Shown piece by piece: positions 1 through 14,601 of a DNA stretch of 64,000 nt (positions are counted from its first letter, which is position 1; every line of letters begins with the position of its first letter). The notes below the pieces were generated by a model, which saw only the letters and a list, made by a program, of their open reading frames with translations, ran no database searches and had not been told where the DNA came from. This stretch comes from the human T2T-CHM13v2.0 reference genome, Homo sapiens. Both the position numbers and the translations under genes were made by a program. Location: the NCBI RefSeq assembly GCF_009914755.1, contig NC_060927.1, one strand, 5' to 3'.

Positions 1-1555
1 GTCTGTTCTTGATTTTTCACAATGGAATCATACAGTATATATTTTGTTTGTATGTGTGTCTGGTTTATTTTGCTTAACATGATATTTTTGTAATTTATCC
101 AAGTCATTTTGTGTATGCGTAGTTCACTATACATGGACTCTAAACCTACCCTCAGAATGTTTCCATTGCAGTAAAATTGAATTACTTCAACAAACTCTAT
201 ACTGTACATGGGATAAAACGACAGTTACTCAAAAGAGTAAATTTCCATCCATTTTGTGTGCCTCCATTCATCTTCTTTAGATATATTGACATGAAAACTT
301 GTTAATCTTTAATTAGTTAACTAATTACTTAGTTGTTCAGTTAATTAACTAGTTAATTAATTATTCACTTTCTTGTAAACTACACATACACAAAATGTTG
401 GATAATATTCCATTATAGAAGTATTTCATAATTTATTTATTCTTCTGTTAACGGATATTAGGGTTGTTTCCCATTTATGCCTATTACAAAAAAAGACTTC
501 TATGAACTTTGTTATGTACTTTTTAGTGAAAATATGATTTTTCTTTTCTTGGTTAATAATTTTACATAGAAATTTGAAATAGTTCATCAAAGAAGCAACC
601 AGCAAAATATAAAAACTTTATATTCTCACTGACATTTGGTGTTGGTCTTTTCTATCTACTCCAGTATGGATATGGTAGTGTTTCTGTTATAGTTTTAATT
701 TTTATTTTCTTTATAACTGAGAACTTTGATTACATTTTTGGATGTTTATTGTATAGTTTCTTTTGTGAAATGTCTAACTATTTAAAATATTATTTATTGA
801 GTTGTCTTCTTCTTATTGATTTGCAGAAATTTGTTATATGTCCTGATATCATTCCTTTGTCAGACATATGTTTTGCTAATATTTTTCTTTCATTCTGTAG
901 CTTATATACCATTTCATTAACAGTGATTTTTTAGATAGTATATTTCATTTTGATGAAGGCCAACTAATCAATTTTTATCATTTATAATTAGTGCTTTATG
1001 TGTCCTGTCAAAATGTTTTTTTATCTTAAGTTTTCCAAGAATAGTTTTTGTTTTGTTCATTATGATTATAGTTCTAAAATTTAGATCTGTGATTCATCTC
1101 AAATTAATTTTTGTATAAGAAATGTGATCGAGATTAATATTCATTTTTTCCAAATTAAATATTTAGTTGTTACAGTAATATTTGTTTGGAAAAAATAGGA
1201 AAAGAAGAAAGTAAATGAAGACTTCTCTTTCTTCATTGAATTAACTTCACACCTTGGTTGAAGATAATTTTGTTCTACATGCGTGGGTCTATTTCTGTAC
1301 ACTTATTTTTGTTCCTTGATCTATTAGTCTGTCTTTATGTCAATAGCACACTATCTTCATTACTATGGCTATATAGTTTGTCTTGAAATCAAGAAGTATA
1401 GATCCTTCAACTTTGTTCTTTTTCAAGATTGTTCAGGCTATTCTCAGGCCTTTGTATTCTCATATAAAATTAGAACTAGCTTCTCAAAAAAGCCTAATAA
1501 AATTTTGATAGAATTTGTGATGAGTCTATTAGTCAATCTAGAGATAATATTGAGT
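1..1555 (-). mobile_element. Old L1M (L1MC/L1ME-type) 3' UTR plus ORF2 3' end, antisense, degraded; interrupted at about 130-397
   Basis: AATGGAATCATACAGTATAT...TGGTTTATTTTGCTTAACATGATATTTTTG is typical antisense L1M 3' UTR; 1310-1500 (CACTATCTTCATTACTATGGCTATATAG...CCTTCAACTTTGTTCTTTTTCAAGATTG) matches antisense ORF2. Confidence 0.8.
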
Positions 1556-2169
1556 AAAAATTGTCGAGATTTTCTTTGTGCATAAATTTAAGTCTAGTTG
1601 TATAATTAAAGTAAGAAAGTAGAGAAAATAAAATTACAGTTTAAAATGTTTTAATTTTTTTAGATTAGAAAAATATACATGTATTCTTCTTTTCTGTTTT
1701 TACAGTGAGACTGACTTTTTTTTAATTTGCAATATTGTCATAGCCATTGAAATAGAAAACAGAAATTTTTCTTTCCTGTCAAACATGTTGCAATTCTTGA
1801 TATTAATGTTTCTTGTTGGGATATTTTGAACCATATTCTGATTATTTTTCCAAATATATGATTGAAAACATGAATAGTTCATTTGGTATCTTTAATAATA
1901 ATTTTATAATAATTTTATTGATATTGGGAATGACTAATTTTCCTTATTTTCTAAATTTTACTATACATTGTATGAGTAAGGAAGATACAAAAGTGTCTTG
2001 GGGATTTGTTATTCTTTGTTAGTGTATGTTCAGATTAATAGAATTACATTTCTTTTCTTAAGAAATAACTGTGGACTTTAATTTTCCCACACTGAACTCT
2101 CACACTGACCCTTTAGCAATCCATGTGATTTCTTGTACATGGGCCTTTGTATCCCTTCAGCTTCCAGTG

Positions 2170-2440
2170 CTATCCAGTTGGATCTTCCCCTGGTAAACAG
2201 CTTCTCATTGTTCAGATGTCAGCTCTAATATAACCTCAGGATGCTTCTCTAATGTAATACTTACATTTATAATTCTCTATTCCAACATCGTTTTTCATTA
2301 CCTGAAAACACATATTTATTTGTTGCATGTTTACAATCTCTTTCCATCCATTCAGATGTAAGCTGTAAGAGGCAGGAACCACATTATTCTCAGTATGCCT
2401 GGCACCTCATAGCAAGATAATACATATTTGTTGAATAAAT
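2170..2440 (+). mobile_element. L2 LINE 3' end fragment
   Basis: GATGTAAGCTGTAAGAGGCAGGAACC...GCCTGGCAC...ATATTTGTTGAATAAAT resembles the L2 terminus. Confidence 0.65.
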
Positions 2441-2669
2441 TAATATATTTTAAAATGGATTATACTATTTTAACTTACCACCAACATTGTATGAATTCAT
2501 CCATGCTACCTTTTCAAATTTGACCTTTGAAAAAAATCAACATTTGTTGATGATTATTTTTATTTGTGTTTCTGGGATTATTGATTCAGGACCTTTTTTA
2601 CATAGTGCACTAATAATTATATTTTAAATAACAATTATATTTACTCTTGTGTGATGAAGTGGAATTGAA

Positions 2670-2897
2670 TCTGGCCTTACAGTCAAAACAATGGGTTCAA
2701 GTACTGTATTTTTTCATTTACAAGTTGTTCAAGTTTGCAAAAGCCTCTTAATCTTCCTGTGCCTCAAATTTATCATATGTAGATTTCAGATGACAATACT
2801 AGCTCTCCTCAGTCCATAAGATTTTTTTGAAGGTGAAATTAGGTAATGTATTTGTGAAAGCACTTTGCAAATGGAATATGTAAGGTCTTATTATTAA
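2670..2897 (+). mobile_element. MIR SINE
   Basis: Core CTTAATCTTCCTGTGCCTCAAATTTATCATATGTAGA and tail GGTAATGTATTTGTGAAAGCACTTTG. Confidence 0.75.
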
Positions 2898-3009
2898 ATT
2901 TAATGTACTAATTCATTGCCTAATGGACCAAAAGAGTTAATTGTTCTTCCAAAATTATGTAATTTATTTTCAGGGTTGGGGAGAATTTTATGCAAGTTGC
3001 TACTAATAG

Positions 3010-3240
3010 ATAATAATAGCTAATTTGTTCCTTTATCACACCTTTACTTAGAAGACTCAGAGAGTTTTATTCTATCTCATTAGTCCTTAACAATGCTTCT
3101 AAATCATTAGACAGCCAATGATAAGCACAGTTTTCCTGATTTTTACAGCTGGAACAAATGAGGCACTGAGAGGTTATGTGACTTTTTCAAAGTCACACAG
3201 AAATCAATACGGCTGCTGTGGAAAGGGGCTTGGGACTTCT
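3010..3240 (-). mobile_element. MIR SINE
   Basis: Antisense core TTTTACAGCTGGAACAAATGAGGCACTGAGAGGTTATGTGACTTTTTCAAAGTCACACAG. Confidence 0.75.
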
Positions 3241-3719
3241 CACAGCATCTTGCCTTTAACTGACCTCAGTAGACAGCAATAGACAGTACCTAGCATGTAT
3301 CATTACTAAGGTCTAATAAGAAAGCCACAGAAGAACAGGACAGGTGTACTGTCCTCAATGAGCTTTATTCTTAGAGTGGGAAAAGGAAGGTAAATTGTTT
3401 AAGATGAAGCAGGATTAAAAAGCCATGAATGACTTTTTCTTAAAGTGCTCTGGAGGTTCAATGTGAGTAGATCACATTAGTTAAATCGAGATAAACTTCA
3501 GGGAGAGGGTGGCAATTCTGACAGACCATAAAATATTGGTAAGTTTTCAAAGGAAAAAAAGTGGAAGAAATATATACTAAGCAAATGAAACAAAACATAC
3601 TAAGCAAATGGAAAAGAATGAACAAAACATAAGAGAAGTCAAGGGACATGTCTGAAGAAAAGTAACTTATACTGAATGATTTAATACATGCAAATAACAT
3701 AATAGTGCTACCCAGATAC

Positions 3720-3848
3720 TGTTAAAGAAAAAATTATTCAATGATACTTGATAAAGCACAATAAGGCAAACTTTATTCAAGGCTGTTGTGATACAAATAG
3801 GGACCACAGCAATGAGATTTTGCAGTGGGAGAGAGAGATTGGGCTTAC
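3720..3848 (-). mobile_element. ERV1 (MER4-group, MER31/MER67-like) LTR 3' end fragment
   Basis: TGTTAAAGAAAAAATTATTCAATGATACTTG...CTTTATTCAAGG...GCAGTGGGAGAGAGAGATTGGGCT is the reverse complement of an LTR U5 end with its AATAAA. Confidence 0.6.
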
Positions 3849-4005
3849 TAAAATTACCTCAAAAAAGAAATTATTATTATAAGTACTTACAATAATTATT
3901 GATTCATAATCACCATTAGAATTAAATCATTTTATTACCAGTAGTCATTGAACACTAAAGGGAGTGTTAAATAAGGAAATAAGGCTGCCATGATAAATTG
4001 GAGTG

Positions 4006-4149
4006 CAGGCATCCCCAGGTATCTGTGGAGATTGGTTCTAGGACCCCCTGGACACCAACATCTGTGTATGCTCAAGTCCTTTATATTGAAATTTGCAGTT
4101 GATTGAATCTGCTGGCTGCAGATACCATGGATATGGAAGACAGACTGTG
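4006..4149 (+). mobile_element. MER2 (TcMar-Tigger MITE), internally deleted, both ends present
   Basis: CAGGCATCCCCAGGTATCTGTGGAGATTGGTTCTAGGACCCCC...ATGCTCAAGTCCTTTATAT joined directly to GTTGATTGAATCTGC...CCATGGATATGGAAGACAGACTG. Confidence 0.8.
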
Positions 4150-4154
4150 CCGTA

Positions 4155-4525
4155 TAAATATCTCCTCCTCCCTTTTGTGTCAGAGTGTACTTCCCTGCCC
4201 AGACCTTGGATTTGTGGTTCAACCATGGGATTTGCTGTGGCAAATGGAACATGATCAGATGTAACCCAAGCTGTGGCTTTAAATGTGCTTGTGTAGGTGG
4301 GCTTGCCTATTGCTATAAAAGAGGCATCAAAGATAAATCCCCAAGGGCAGCTTCTGGTCTAAAGACGGACAGACTTGGACCCAGTGCACACACTGAATCC
4401 AAAGCCCAGCCTCAAGCAAAGCTATTCCAGCTGATTAGCAAACCGTTATGTAAGAAAAATAAGTGCTTATTTTTACCAATTGTTGTGCTGTGGAGTGCTT
4501 TGTTATGTAATTGTAGCTGACTTGT
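4155..4525 (+). mobile_element. MLT1 (MLT1I-like) MaLR LTR
   Basis: GTGTACTTCCCTGCCC...TTTGCTGTGGCAAATGGAAC...TTTAAATGTGCTTGTGTAGGTGGGCTTGCC and 3' end AAATAAGTGCTTATT...TTGTTATGTAA...TAGCTGAC. Confidence 0.65.
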
Positions 4526-6332
4526 TCAGCTGGTTATGTCTAGTAGGGTATGTTATATAAAATCTTGAATTTCAAGATGTGGTTCTTCTCAATTTAATGA
4601 ACATAAAAGAAACGTTATAACAAGAGTCCTTATTAGCACTTTGCTCACTGTCAAGAAGCCTATGAATGGACTCCAGGTCTCATAATGGAATAAAATGTTA
4701 ATTTAAATGCATATATGCATACATATGAACAAGAGAGCAACATAGTTAAATCTCAACTTCAGTAGGAATCATTTGGCTGAGTGTGTAGGACAGATGCAAT
4801 ACTGGGGGTCCAAACTGGAAGGGATTGCCAATGTCTAAATAACAGGCAAAGATTAACATGGGTGAAGGTAGAAAAAAAAATGACAGGAAGCAAATGCTTG
4901 CAAGGAGACTTGTTGGAGTTGGCTCTATTTGATGTGGCAGCTGAGTGAATGTTTAGAAAAGATAAGCCAAAAGTGACTTGAGTCTTTGAGGCAGTTGTTG
5001 GTTGTCAGACTGGTGATGACATTCTCCATAATGACGAAGGCAAAGAAGGATAAGTCGGTGGTTTGCATAGTGAAGAGATAATGAGTTTCATTTTTAACAA
5101 GTTGAGTTTGAAGTTCAGACAAAAATTTCAGGAACTGATGTAAAAGGTAAGGCCTCAGACTCTACCTACTTGATTGTCAAATGCCTTTTAATGGACTGTG
5201 TCTTTCATGCCCAGATGGAAAGCAGTAATTATCTATCATATTTCAAACCCTAGAAAGGAGTTTGAAGAAGCAAAATCAATGGACTTCTGCTGAAAGCCAA
5301 GAACATTAGATTGAGGGCCTGACTTTCATTGTAAGTCTGTTGCCAGGAATACCAATAATCTCTTCTGACTGAGAGAGGAGGCTTGGTTTGGCCATCCATG
5401 CTGCCTTTGGGGGATATTCTAACTGCAGAGCTGATGGAAAAGGCTCCGCACCCATATATATCAGTTTAAACCTAACTTTAAAATTGGTTTTATATTTAAA
5501 TATAAAAGTGTAATGTTCCATATCTTTTAGTAGTCCATTGACGACAAATAATTTTGTAGATGTTTACTGTATTAGTAACTTGAGACATTTTAACAAGTGA
5601 TAATTTATGACTTATCAACTTGTTATAAAAGCACAGCCGTTAAAGACACTGGCTTTAAAATGTTGGTTTGAATCTGTACTCTGCCTGTGACAGCTTGTTG
5701 ATTCATTTATTTAACAGATGTTTGCTGAATTCCTACCGTGTTCTATGCACAAGAACAAAAACATATGGAGACTGAAAGACTGCTTTGGGGAGTTTACATT
5801 TCAGTGGAGGGAGATATTTAATAAATAATAAACAATAAATTTCAAAAATATTAAAAAGTTATAAGTACTATGGAGAAAAGAAAAAAAGGAAAAGTATAAG
5901 GAGGATTGGGAGTTTGGTGCAAATGAGGGACCAATTGCATCATTATTAAATCTGGCAGTTAAAATACATCTCATTAAGATGCTGATATTTGAGCAAAGAC
6001 TCAAAAGATTTGTGAAAGTTAGACAGGAAGATATAAACAGATAAAAGATCTAGAGCACAGTGTCTAAGGTAGGGGTGTGCCTGATATATCTGAGGGACAA
6101 TAGAGAGGCTAAGGTGGAGTGACGTATGCATAGAGCAGTAGGAAATGAGGCTGGAGAGAAGAAATGGGGGCCAATCAGGTGGGAATTTTAGCTTTTACTC
6201 TGAGTGAAAAGGAGAGTTATTAGAGGATTATCTTTCTTTTTTTGTTACATAAATTGTCAAAACCATAAAAGTGGAGACACTAATATAATTAAACCCAATG
6301 ATCCAACTAAAATAATTATGAGGGCAGTCTTG

Positions 6333-6610
6333 TAGATTGATTAATTGATACAGAAATAAAGTTACATAGAAGAAATAAGTTCTAGTGTTTCCTAGCACAG
6401 TACGATGCTATACTTAACAATAATTTATTGTATACTTAAAAAAAAAACTACCAGAAAGATTTGGAATGTTCCCAACAAAAAGAAATGATAAAAGTTTGAG
6501 GTGATGGATGTTCAAATTGCCCTGATTGCTCACTACACGTTGTGTGCATGAATCAAAATATCACATGTATCCCAAAAATATGTACAATCATTATATATCA
6601 ATAAAAATAT
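6333..6610 (+). mobile_element. L1MA 3' end fragment
   Basis: AGAAATAAGTTCTAGTGTTT...AACAATAATTTATTGTATA...GAATGTTCCCAACAAAAAGAAATGATAAAAGTTTGAGGTGATGGAT...ATCAATAAAAA. Confidence 0.85.
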
Positions 6611-6890
6611 AAGGCCCATCTAATTTGTTTTATTTCATCCATATTCCTGCCCAGCCCCCTGATTCCTGATTATGTTAAAACAGATTCAAGACATTATATC
6701 ATTTCACTTGTAAATAATTTAGTAATATCTTCAAAAGATAGGACCTTCATTGTTTTAAACATAACCACAAGACCATTATTATAACTAAAAATAAAGACCT
6801 TACTTTTGTAAGATATACAGTACGTGTTCACATGTCCCCAGTCCATTTAGAGACTTTTCTTCTATTGTTGTTATTTGTGTGAATCAGGCA
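6611..6890 (-). mobile_element. L1MC4/5-like 3' UTR fragment (with about 6240-6332 on the other side of the L1MA insert)
   Basis: GATTATGTTAAAACAGATTCAAGACATTATATCATTTCAC...AAACATAACCACAAGACCATTATT. Confidence 0.6.
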
Positions 6891-8768
6891 TTGTAGAGCG
6901 TCTTGAGCAAAGAAGTAACAGGAACACTCTGGCTGATATATTAAGTAAGAATAGCCTGTACGATGGCAAAAACAGAAGCAGGAAGAACAGTTGGAAACTG
7001 CAGCAGTCATCTAAGAGAGAAGAATGATGGCCCACACTAGGGCAGTAGCTGTGGAGTTGGTGATGAACGACTGATTTCTGGACTTATTTATTTTAAAATT
7101 TATTTTTATTTTTATTTATAAATTTGTTTAAAAATTAGAACCAGTAGATTTTCCAAAGGGGTTTGATGCAGGATGTGTGAGAGTGGAATCAAGGGTGACT
7201 AGGAGGTTTTTGGATTAAGCAGGCTAAAAGGATTAACAGGTTTATGAGAGATGAGGAGTTAAGTTTGTACACATTGGGCTGTGATAGCAATTGAGAAGTT
7301 CAAGATAAATCACAAAAATTAGTCTTTACCATATTGTGAATGTACAGAAATATGAGACTGGATGAAATCACCAAAATATGTAGTGTAGATTGAAAAAAAA
7401 AATGACCAAAGATATAGCCCTGGAGCTTCCAAAATTTTGAGTTTGAGGTAGTAGGAAGAACCAGCAAAGGATACTGAGGAATGAACAATGAAGCAAATGT
7501 TCTAGAAGTCAAATGGAGGAGGTGCCTTCTGGAGGAGGCAGCCATCCACTGTGCCAAAGTTGTTGCTAAATCAACTAAGGTGAGAGCTGCCGTAAGATCA
7601 CTTATTCATTCTTGTAATTTTGTTTATTTGAAAACTATTTAATGCCTACATACTATATTCCAGCCACTGCATGAGACACTTCAGATAAAAATAGGAATAG
7701 TGCAAAATTTCTACCTTTAGGAATCTTATTTATTGGTGAGGATATAGACAATTAGAAGAAATTATAAAACATCATTGTAACTGGCTTATCCTTTTTATGC
7801 TACAGTCGGCTGACTTACAAATTAGGGCTAAATCATACCTTATCATATGCTGTTATGGGAATTAAACAACATTGTACTTACATAAAAGTGTGAAAAAATT
7901 TTCTCTGAAATTATTTGGTTAACTACCTTTCTTTAGAAGAACTATCAGTACACTTACGGTAAAGGATGAAACCCAGAGGTCAAATTTAATGGACAAAAGA
8001 CCATCTTTAAATCTTAGGCTTAAGAGGAGAAAACTGTGTCTCTGTAAAGAACTTTGGAAGCAGTATGGGGAAGCCCACAATAAGAATAAGTGGATAGAAG
8101 ATAAAGTCATTGGTTGGAGAAAGGCCAGAAGACAAAGGTGTCAATAGTCTGGGGCCGAAACAGAAACGGCTAAGAGGAAATTGAAAGGCTAAGAGGAAGT
8201 GGATCCTTTTTAAGCTGTGGAATTGGATTAACACAATGAAAATTGGGACAGCTTGCGAAGACCAAATTATCTAAAATTCATAAAAATTAAGACGAGGGCC
8301 AACATACTGTCCTAAGACCTAGAATAAGGGTTCAGTTCAACTCATTAAAGACTTTAAGAGCCCAAAAGAGCTGAGGTGGCCATCTGGCCTAAATACGTAG
8401 AAGGCTTAACACACAGTAAGTATTCAGTAAATGGCAGCAATAGCTACCCCCCTACACCTCTTCCCCTCAAAACAAAATGAAGTCTATGTATTAAGGTGTT
8501 GGTAGTAGCTTGGTTTTTACCTGTGATTTTTTTTTTTGAATTTTGCTAAAATAAGTCCATATTACTTTTATGTTAATAAAAACAATATTGAAAACTTTAT
8601 TGGAAGAAAAATAAGAGCTTATCTAGTCCTTATGAAGCCAACCCAAAAGTGAGAATAAATATGACTGCTGCAGTCACCTTGAATAAAATTTTCTAACACA
8701 AACCAGACCCTAATGCCTTCCAGGCGCAATTGCTATCACAGCCCAGACTCTAACAGTGTCACTAAGCC

Positions 8769-9048
8769 TTTGCTTTGTTTTTTTGAGACAGGGTCTCATT
8801 CTGTCTCCTAGGCAGGAGCACAGAGGCATGGTCATGGCTCACTGCATCCTCAAACTCCCGGACTCCACCTCCCAGGTAGCTGAGACTAAAGGTGCACACC
8901 ACCACAGCCAGCTAATTTTTGTATTTTTAGTAGAGATGGGGTTTCGCCATGGTGCCGAGGCTGGTCTCAAACTCCTGATCTCAAGCCATCCACCCACCTT
9001 GGCCTCCCAAAGTGCTGAGCTTACAGGCATGAGGCACCACACCTGGCC
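8769..9048 (-). mobile_element. AluJ (AluJb-like) SINE with a small internal deletion
   Basis: TTTTGAGACAGGGTCTC...ATGGCTCACTGCATCCTCAAACTCC...CTCAAGCCATCCACCCACCTTGGCCTCCCAAAGTGCTG...CACCTGGCC. Confidence 0.92.
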
Positions 9049-9519
9049 AAAGGCTGGTACCTTTGGAAAAAAAACAGAACAGAAATAAAATTAAACATGA
9101 TAGACTATACTTCACCTCATAATTTTCTGTAATTGGTGGATACAAAGATATAACTATCTAATTTGGTGCTCAACATATGTTGAAGAAATACTTAAGAAAA
9201 TTGTGCTTAAAAAGCAGGGAAAGTAAAGGGGCCTCAATGCAAGTGAGGTGTTTATTTCTCACTGGAAATAGTAAAAAGTCGATACCATTACACTGTGATA
9301 AGCTACATATGTAAATGGTAATGCCTAGACTAATGACTAAGAAAAACGTATAAAGTAACATAATAACAAAGACTATAAATAAAAAAAGGGAACCCTAAAT
9401 ATCTATGAGTAACCCACAGAAAGGCAAGAAAAAAGAAATTAAAAATGAGAACGAAAGGTAATAAATAGAAAACACATAATAAAATGGCAGGCTTAGGCCC
9501 TGACACATCAATCATTACT

Positions 9520-9782
9520 CTAAATGTTCTATTGCACAGTAGAGTGAGGATGGTTAACAGTAAGGCTTTGTATATTACAAAAGAGCTAGAAGATAGGCTT
9601 CTGAATGTGCTTACCACAAATAAATGCTAAATGTATGAAGTAATAAACTTGCTGAATGTTCTGATTTAATCATTATACAACACATCGCTTATGTATTAAA
9701 ACATCAGATTGGACCCTATAAATATGTACAATTACAGTGTGTCAATTTAAAGATAAATAAGTTAATTAAAAAATAAATAAAG
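9520..9782 (+). mobile_element. L1MA 3' end fragment inserted into the start of the host L1 ORF2
   Basis: TGTTCTATTGCACAGTAGAGTGAGGATGGTTAACAGTAA...AAATATGTACAATTACAGTGTGTCAATTTAAA plus A-rich tail. Confidence 0.8.
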
Positions 9783-11101
9783 GCATCAATAAAAGAGATG
9801 AGTAGAGTGAGGAAGTATGACCTAGCTTTTTGCTATTCAAATATAATGACGTAGGTAGGCAGAAAGTACAAGGATGGAAAATGAAACGTGATGAAAATAT
9901 TAGATGAAGGCAGAATTGGTTGTATTAATTTCAGGTAAAATAGACTTCAGAACAAGAAAAATTTCTACTGATAAAGGGAGACATTATATCATAACAGGAG
10001 AACAAATTCACCAAGATCATATAGCAATCCTAAATGTGTACACACAAAAGAGTTTCAAAAAAACATGAAGCAAAAACTGATAGAGCTAAAAAGAGAAACA
10101 GACAAATTTTCAGTTACACTAAAACTCCAACATCCCACTTGCAGCAATTGATAAAACTATTGGATAGACTTCCAGAAAGAATACAGAAGAGCTGGACAAC
10201 ACTATCAACTCAATAGGATCAAACTGACAGTTATATAACACGCCATTCAACAACAATAGAATACACGCTCTTTTCAAGCACCTATGAGACGTTTACCAAG
10301 ATAGACTATATCCTGGACCATAGAACAAATCTTAACACATTTTAAAACAATGGAAATCATACAGTATACATTTTCTGACCATAATGAAATTAAACTAGAG
10401 GTTAATAAGAGAAAGACGAAAGATTTCTAAAACACTTAGAAATTAAGCAACACATGGTTAAAGTCTCAGAAAAAAATTTTAAATACATATAACTGAACAA
10501 AAATAAAAGCACAACATATCAAATCTGTACAAAAGTGTGCTGAGAGGGAAATTTATAATCCCAAGTGATTACATTAGGAAAATACGTCAAATTTATAATA
10601 GAAATTCCTAATTTTAGAAACTGAAAAAGAAGAGCAAACTAAAACCAAAGCAACCAGAAGGAAGGAAACAACACAGATAAAAACATAAATCAGTGAAATT
10701 AAATATAGGAAAACAATAAAGAAAAATAATTTAACAAAACATTGGTTTTGCAATGAGAAAATAATAAAATAATTGAGACGCATCTAGCAAGACGGATAAT
10801 TCATCAACATCGAGGATAATCTAGAGACATCACTACAGATCTAATAGTCACTAAAAGAATGATAAGGGAATAGTACAAACAGCTATAGACTCATCAATTT
10901 GACAGCTTAGAAAAAATGGACCAATTCCTTAAAAACATAAGCTTCCAAAACTCAGCCTAGATAAAAGAGACAACTTGAATGATCCTGTAAATATTAAAGA
11001 AATTGAATTAGTAACAGAAGAGTTTCTGAAAATTATTCTAGCCCATCTGGCTTCAATGGAGAACTGTACCCATTTCAAAAATGAATTGAAACCAATTTTG
11101 T

Positions 11102-11407
<306 letters not shown>

Positions 11408-13348
11408 TCACTTCCAAAAAATAAAGACAAGTATTATCTTGACATCTCTCAAGAACTAAAATGTCAAAATCTGCGACAAGATTTCAGCAAATTTATGGCA
11501 AAAAATGAATAAAAAATACAATATGACTAAATGAGATTTATGTCAGGTGTTCAAGCACTGATATTAAAAAATAACTCAATGTAGTCAGTCCACTCTAACA
11601 ACAGACTATGGAAGAAGAATTATATGATCATATTAACTGACAAAGAAATGTCATTCGACAAAACTCAAAGACCTGTTCTTGATAAAACTATCAGAAATAG
11701 AGGGGGATTTCCTCAACCTTATGAAGAGTATCTCCAAAAACCTACAGCTAACATCATAATTAATGGCTGAAGACTGAATGTCCCTGTAAGATAAGGAACG
11801 AAACAAAGATGTGTGCCTTCAATTCTCTTATTCAGTATAATACTGGAAATGATAGGTAATTAAATAATGCAAGGAAAATAAAGGCACACAGATTAAAAAT
11901 AAACAAATAAAACTCTGTTTGTGAATGAAACGATTGTCCACATAGAAAACCCCAAGAAATCTTTAAACATACCTCTTAGACTGATATGTTCAGTAAGGTT
12001 GCAAGTTACATCAACACAAAAATTACAATTATATATACTGATGACAAACAGGTGGAAACCAGAATTTTAAAATATGCAAGTATACCACATACAATTGCTC
12101 CAAAAATTGAAATACTTAGATATACATTTAAAACAACATGTATAGATTCAATATAATAAAATTATAAAATTCTGATGAAAGAAATCAAAGAGGACTTAAA
12201 ATCTTTTAGAGACATGCCATGTTTTAAAATTGGAATATTCAATATATTAAAGTTGTCTGTTCTCCCTAAATTGAGCTATAAGTTTCATACAATTCCTATC
12301 AAAATCTTGCAAGTTTTTGTAAACACAGACAAGCTTATTTTCACATTTATATGAAAAAGTAAATTTCCTAGAATAGCGAAAACAACTTGAAAAATAAGAA
12401 AAATGTAGGAGGAATAAACATTGTTCTCAATGTTAAGGCTTATAGCTGAAGTAATCATAAGAGTGCGGCATTGGAGGATGTGTAGACAAATAGATCAGTG
12501 AAACAAAAATAGTGAACACAGAAATAGACCCACAGGAATATGCCTGCCTAATTTTTTCAAAGGAATAAAAGTCATTCAATGGTCCTGTAGCAATTTGATA
12601 GTCATCAGCAAAAAAAAAAAATGAATCTTCACCTAGACCTCAGCTCTTATGCTTACATCAAAATTAACTCAAAATGAATCATGGACTTCAGTGTGAAACT
12701 TAAGTTCACTAAGAACATAGGAAAAACGTCTGGGGGCCTAGGACTAGATAAAGAGTTTTCAGATTTGAAACTAATAACATGACCCAGAAGAGAAAAAAAA
12801 ATGCTAAATTGGAACTCACCAAAATTTTTTAAATTTGTGCTGTGAAAGACCTTACTAAAATTACTAAAAATATAACTATAGACTGAGAGATAATATTTTC
12901 AAATCACATATCTGACAAAGGTCTTGTACTTAGAGTATGTAAGAACTCTCAAAACTCAACAGAAAAAAACCCACAAAAACAAAAATAGCTGATCCAATTA
13001 GAAAATGGGCCAAGGCAAATGTGCACAGATATTTCGCTGATACAGAAGAAGATAACAAAGGCAAATAAACACATTAAAATATCTTCAGCGTCATTAGCCA
13101 ATAGTGAAATAAAAATGAAAACCTTAATGAGATATTACAGTACACCTATTGGAACAGCTAAAATGAAAAAGTGACACCACCTAATACAGGCAAGGCTGTG
13201 AAAAAACCTGGATCGCTCATATATTGCTGGTTTGAATGTCGAATGGTATACCACTCTGGAAAATAGTTCCTCTAAAATCTAAAAATATACTCACCATACA
13301 ACCTAGTAGTTGTGCACTTGGGTTTTACCATGAAGAAATGGAGACTTA

Positions 13349-13687
<339 letters not shown>

Positions 13688-14041
13688 TTATTATATTCAT
13701 GTAAGAACTTGTATGAATATTCCCAGTAGCTTTATTTATAAATTTATAATAAGCAAAAACTGGAAACTATCTAGATGTCCATCATAGGTTAAATGGTTAA
13801 ACACACTGTGATGCATCCATATCGTGGAATATTACTCAGCAATGAAAAAGAAATGAACCATTTATGTACTTAACAACTTTGACCAACCTCAAGAAAATCT
13901 ATGTTGGGTGAAAAAAGTCAGTCTCAAAAGGATACATGGCTGCATGATTCCATTTATATAACATTTGTGGAATAACACAATAATAAATATGGAGAACAAA
14001 TTTGTGGTTGCTGGGGGTTAGGGATAAGAAAGAATGGTATG

Positions 14042-14398
<357 letters not shown>

Positions 14399-14601
14399 AG
14401 GATGGTATGGCTATAAAGGGTAACACAGGAAAGTCTTATGGTGATGGTATAGTCGAGCATTCAATCATAGTGGTGGTTATGCAAAACTACATATGTGACA
14501 AAATGGTGTAGTCAAGCTGTATACACAAATGCATATATGATCAGTTAAATCTGAATCTGTTCTTTGGATTGTGTCAATGTCAATTTTTTTGTATTTGTGT
14601 T

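Larger units (their letters stand above)
5697..7575 (-). mobile_element. L2 LINE (antisense, fragmented), interrupted by L1 fragments at about 6240-6890
   Basis: Starts with the antisense L2 tail ATTCATTTATTTAACAGATGTTTGCTGAATTCCTAC; purine-rich L2 body resumes after 6890 (GGCCCACACTAGGGCAGTAGCTGTGGAG, GGAATCAAGGGTGACTAGGAGGTTTTTGG). Confidence 0.75.

Noticed and set aside
3570-3630. Direct repeats ATACTAAGCAAATG and AACAAAACATA
   Set aside because: Ordinary ~23-bp slippage duplication in A-rich sequence.
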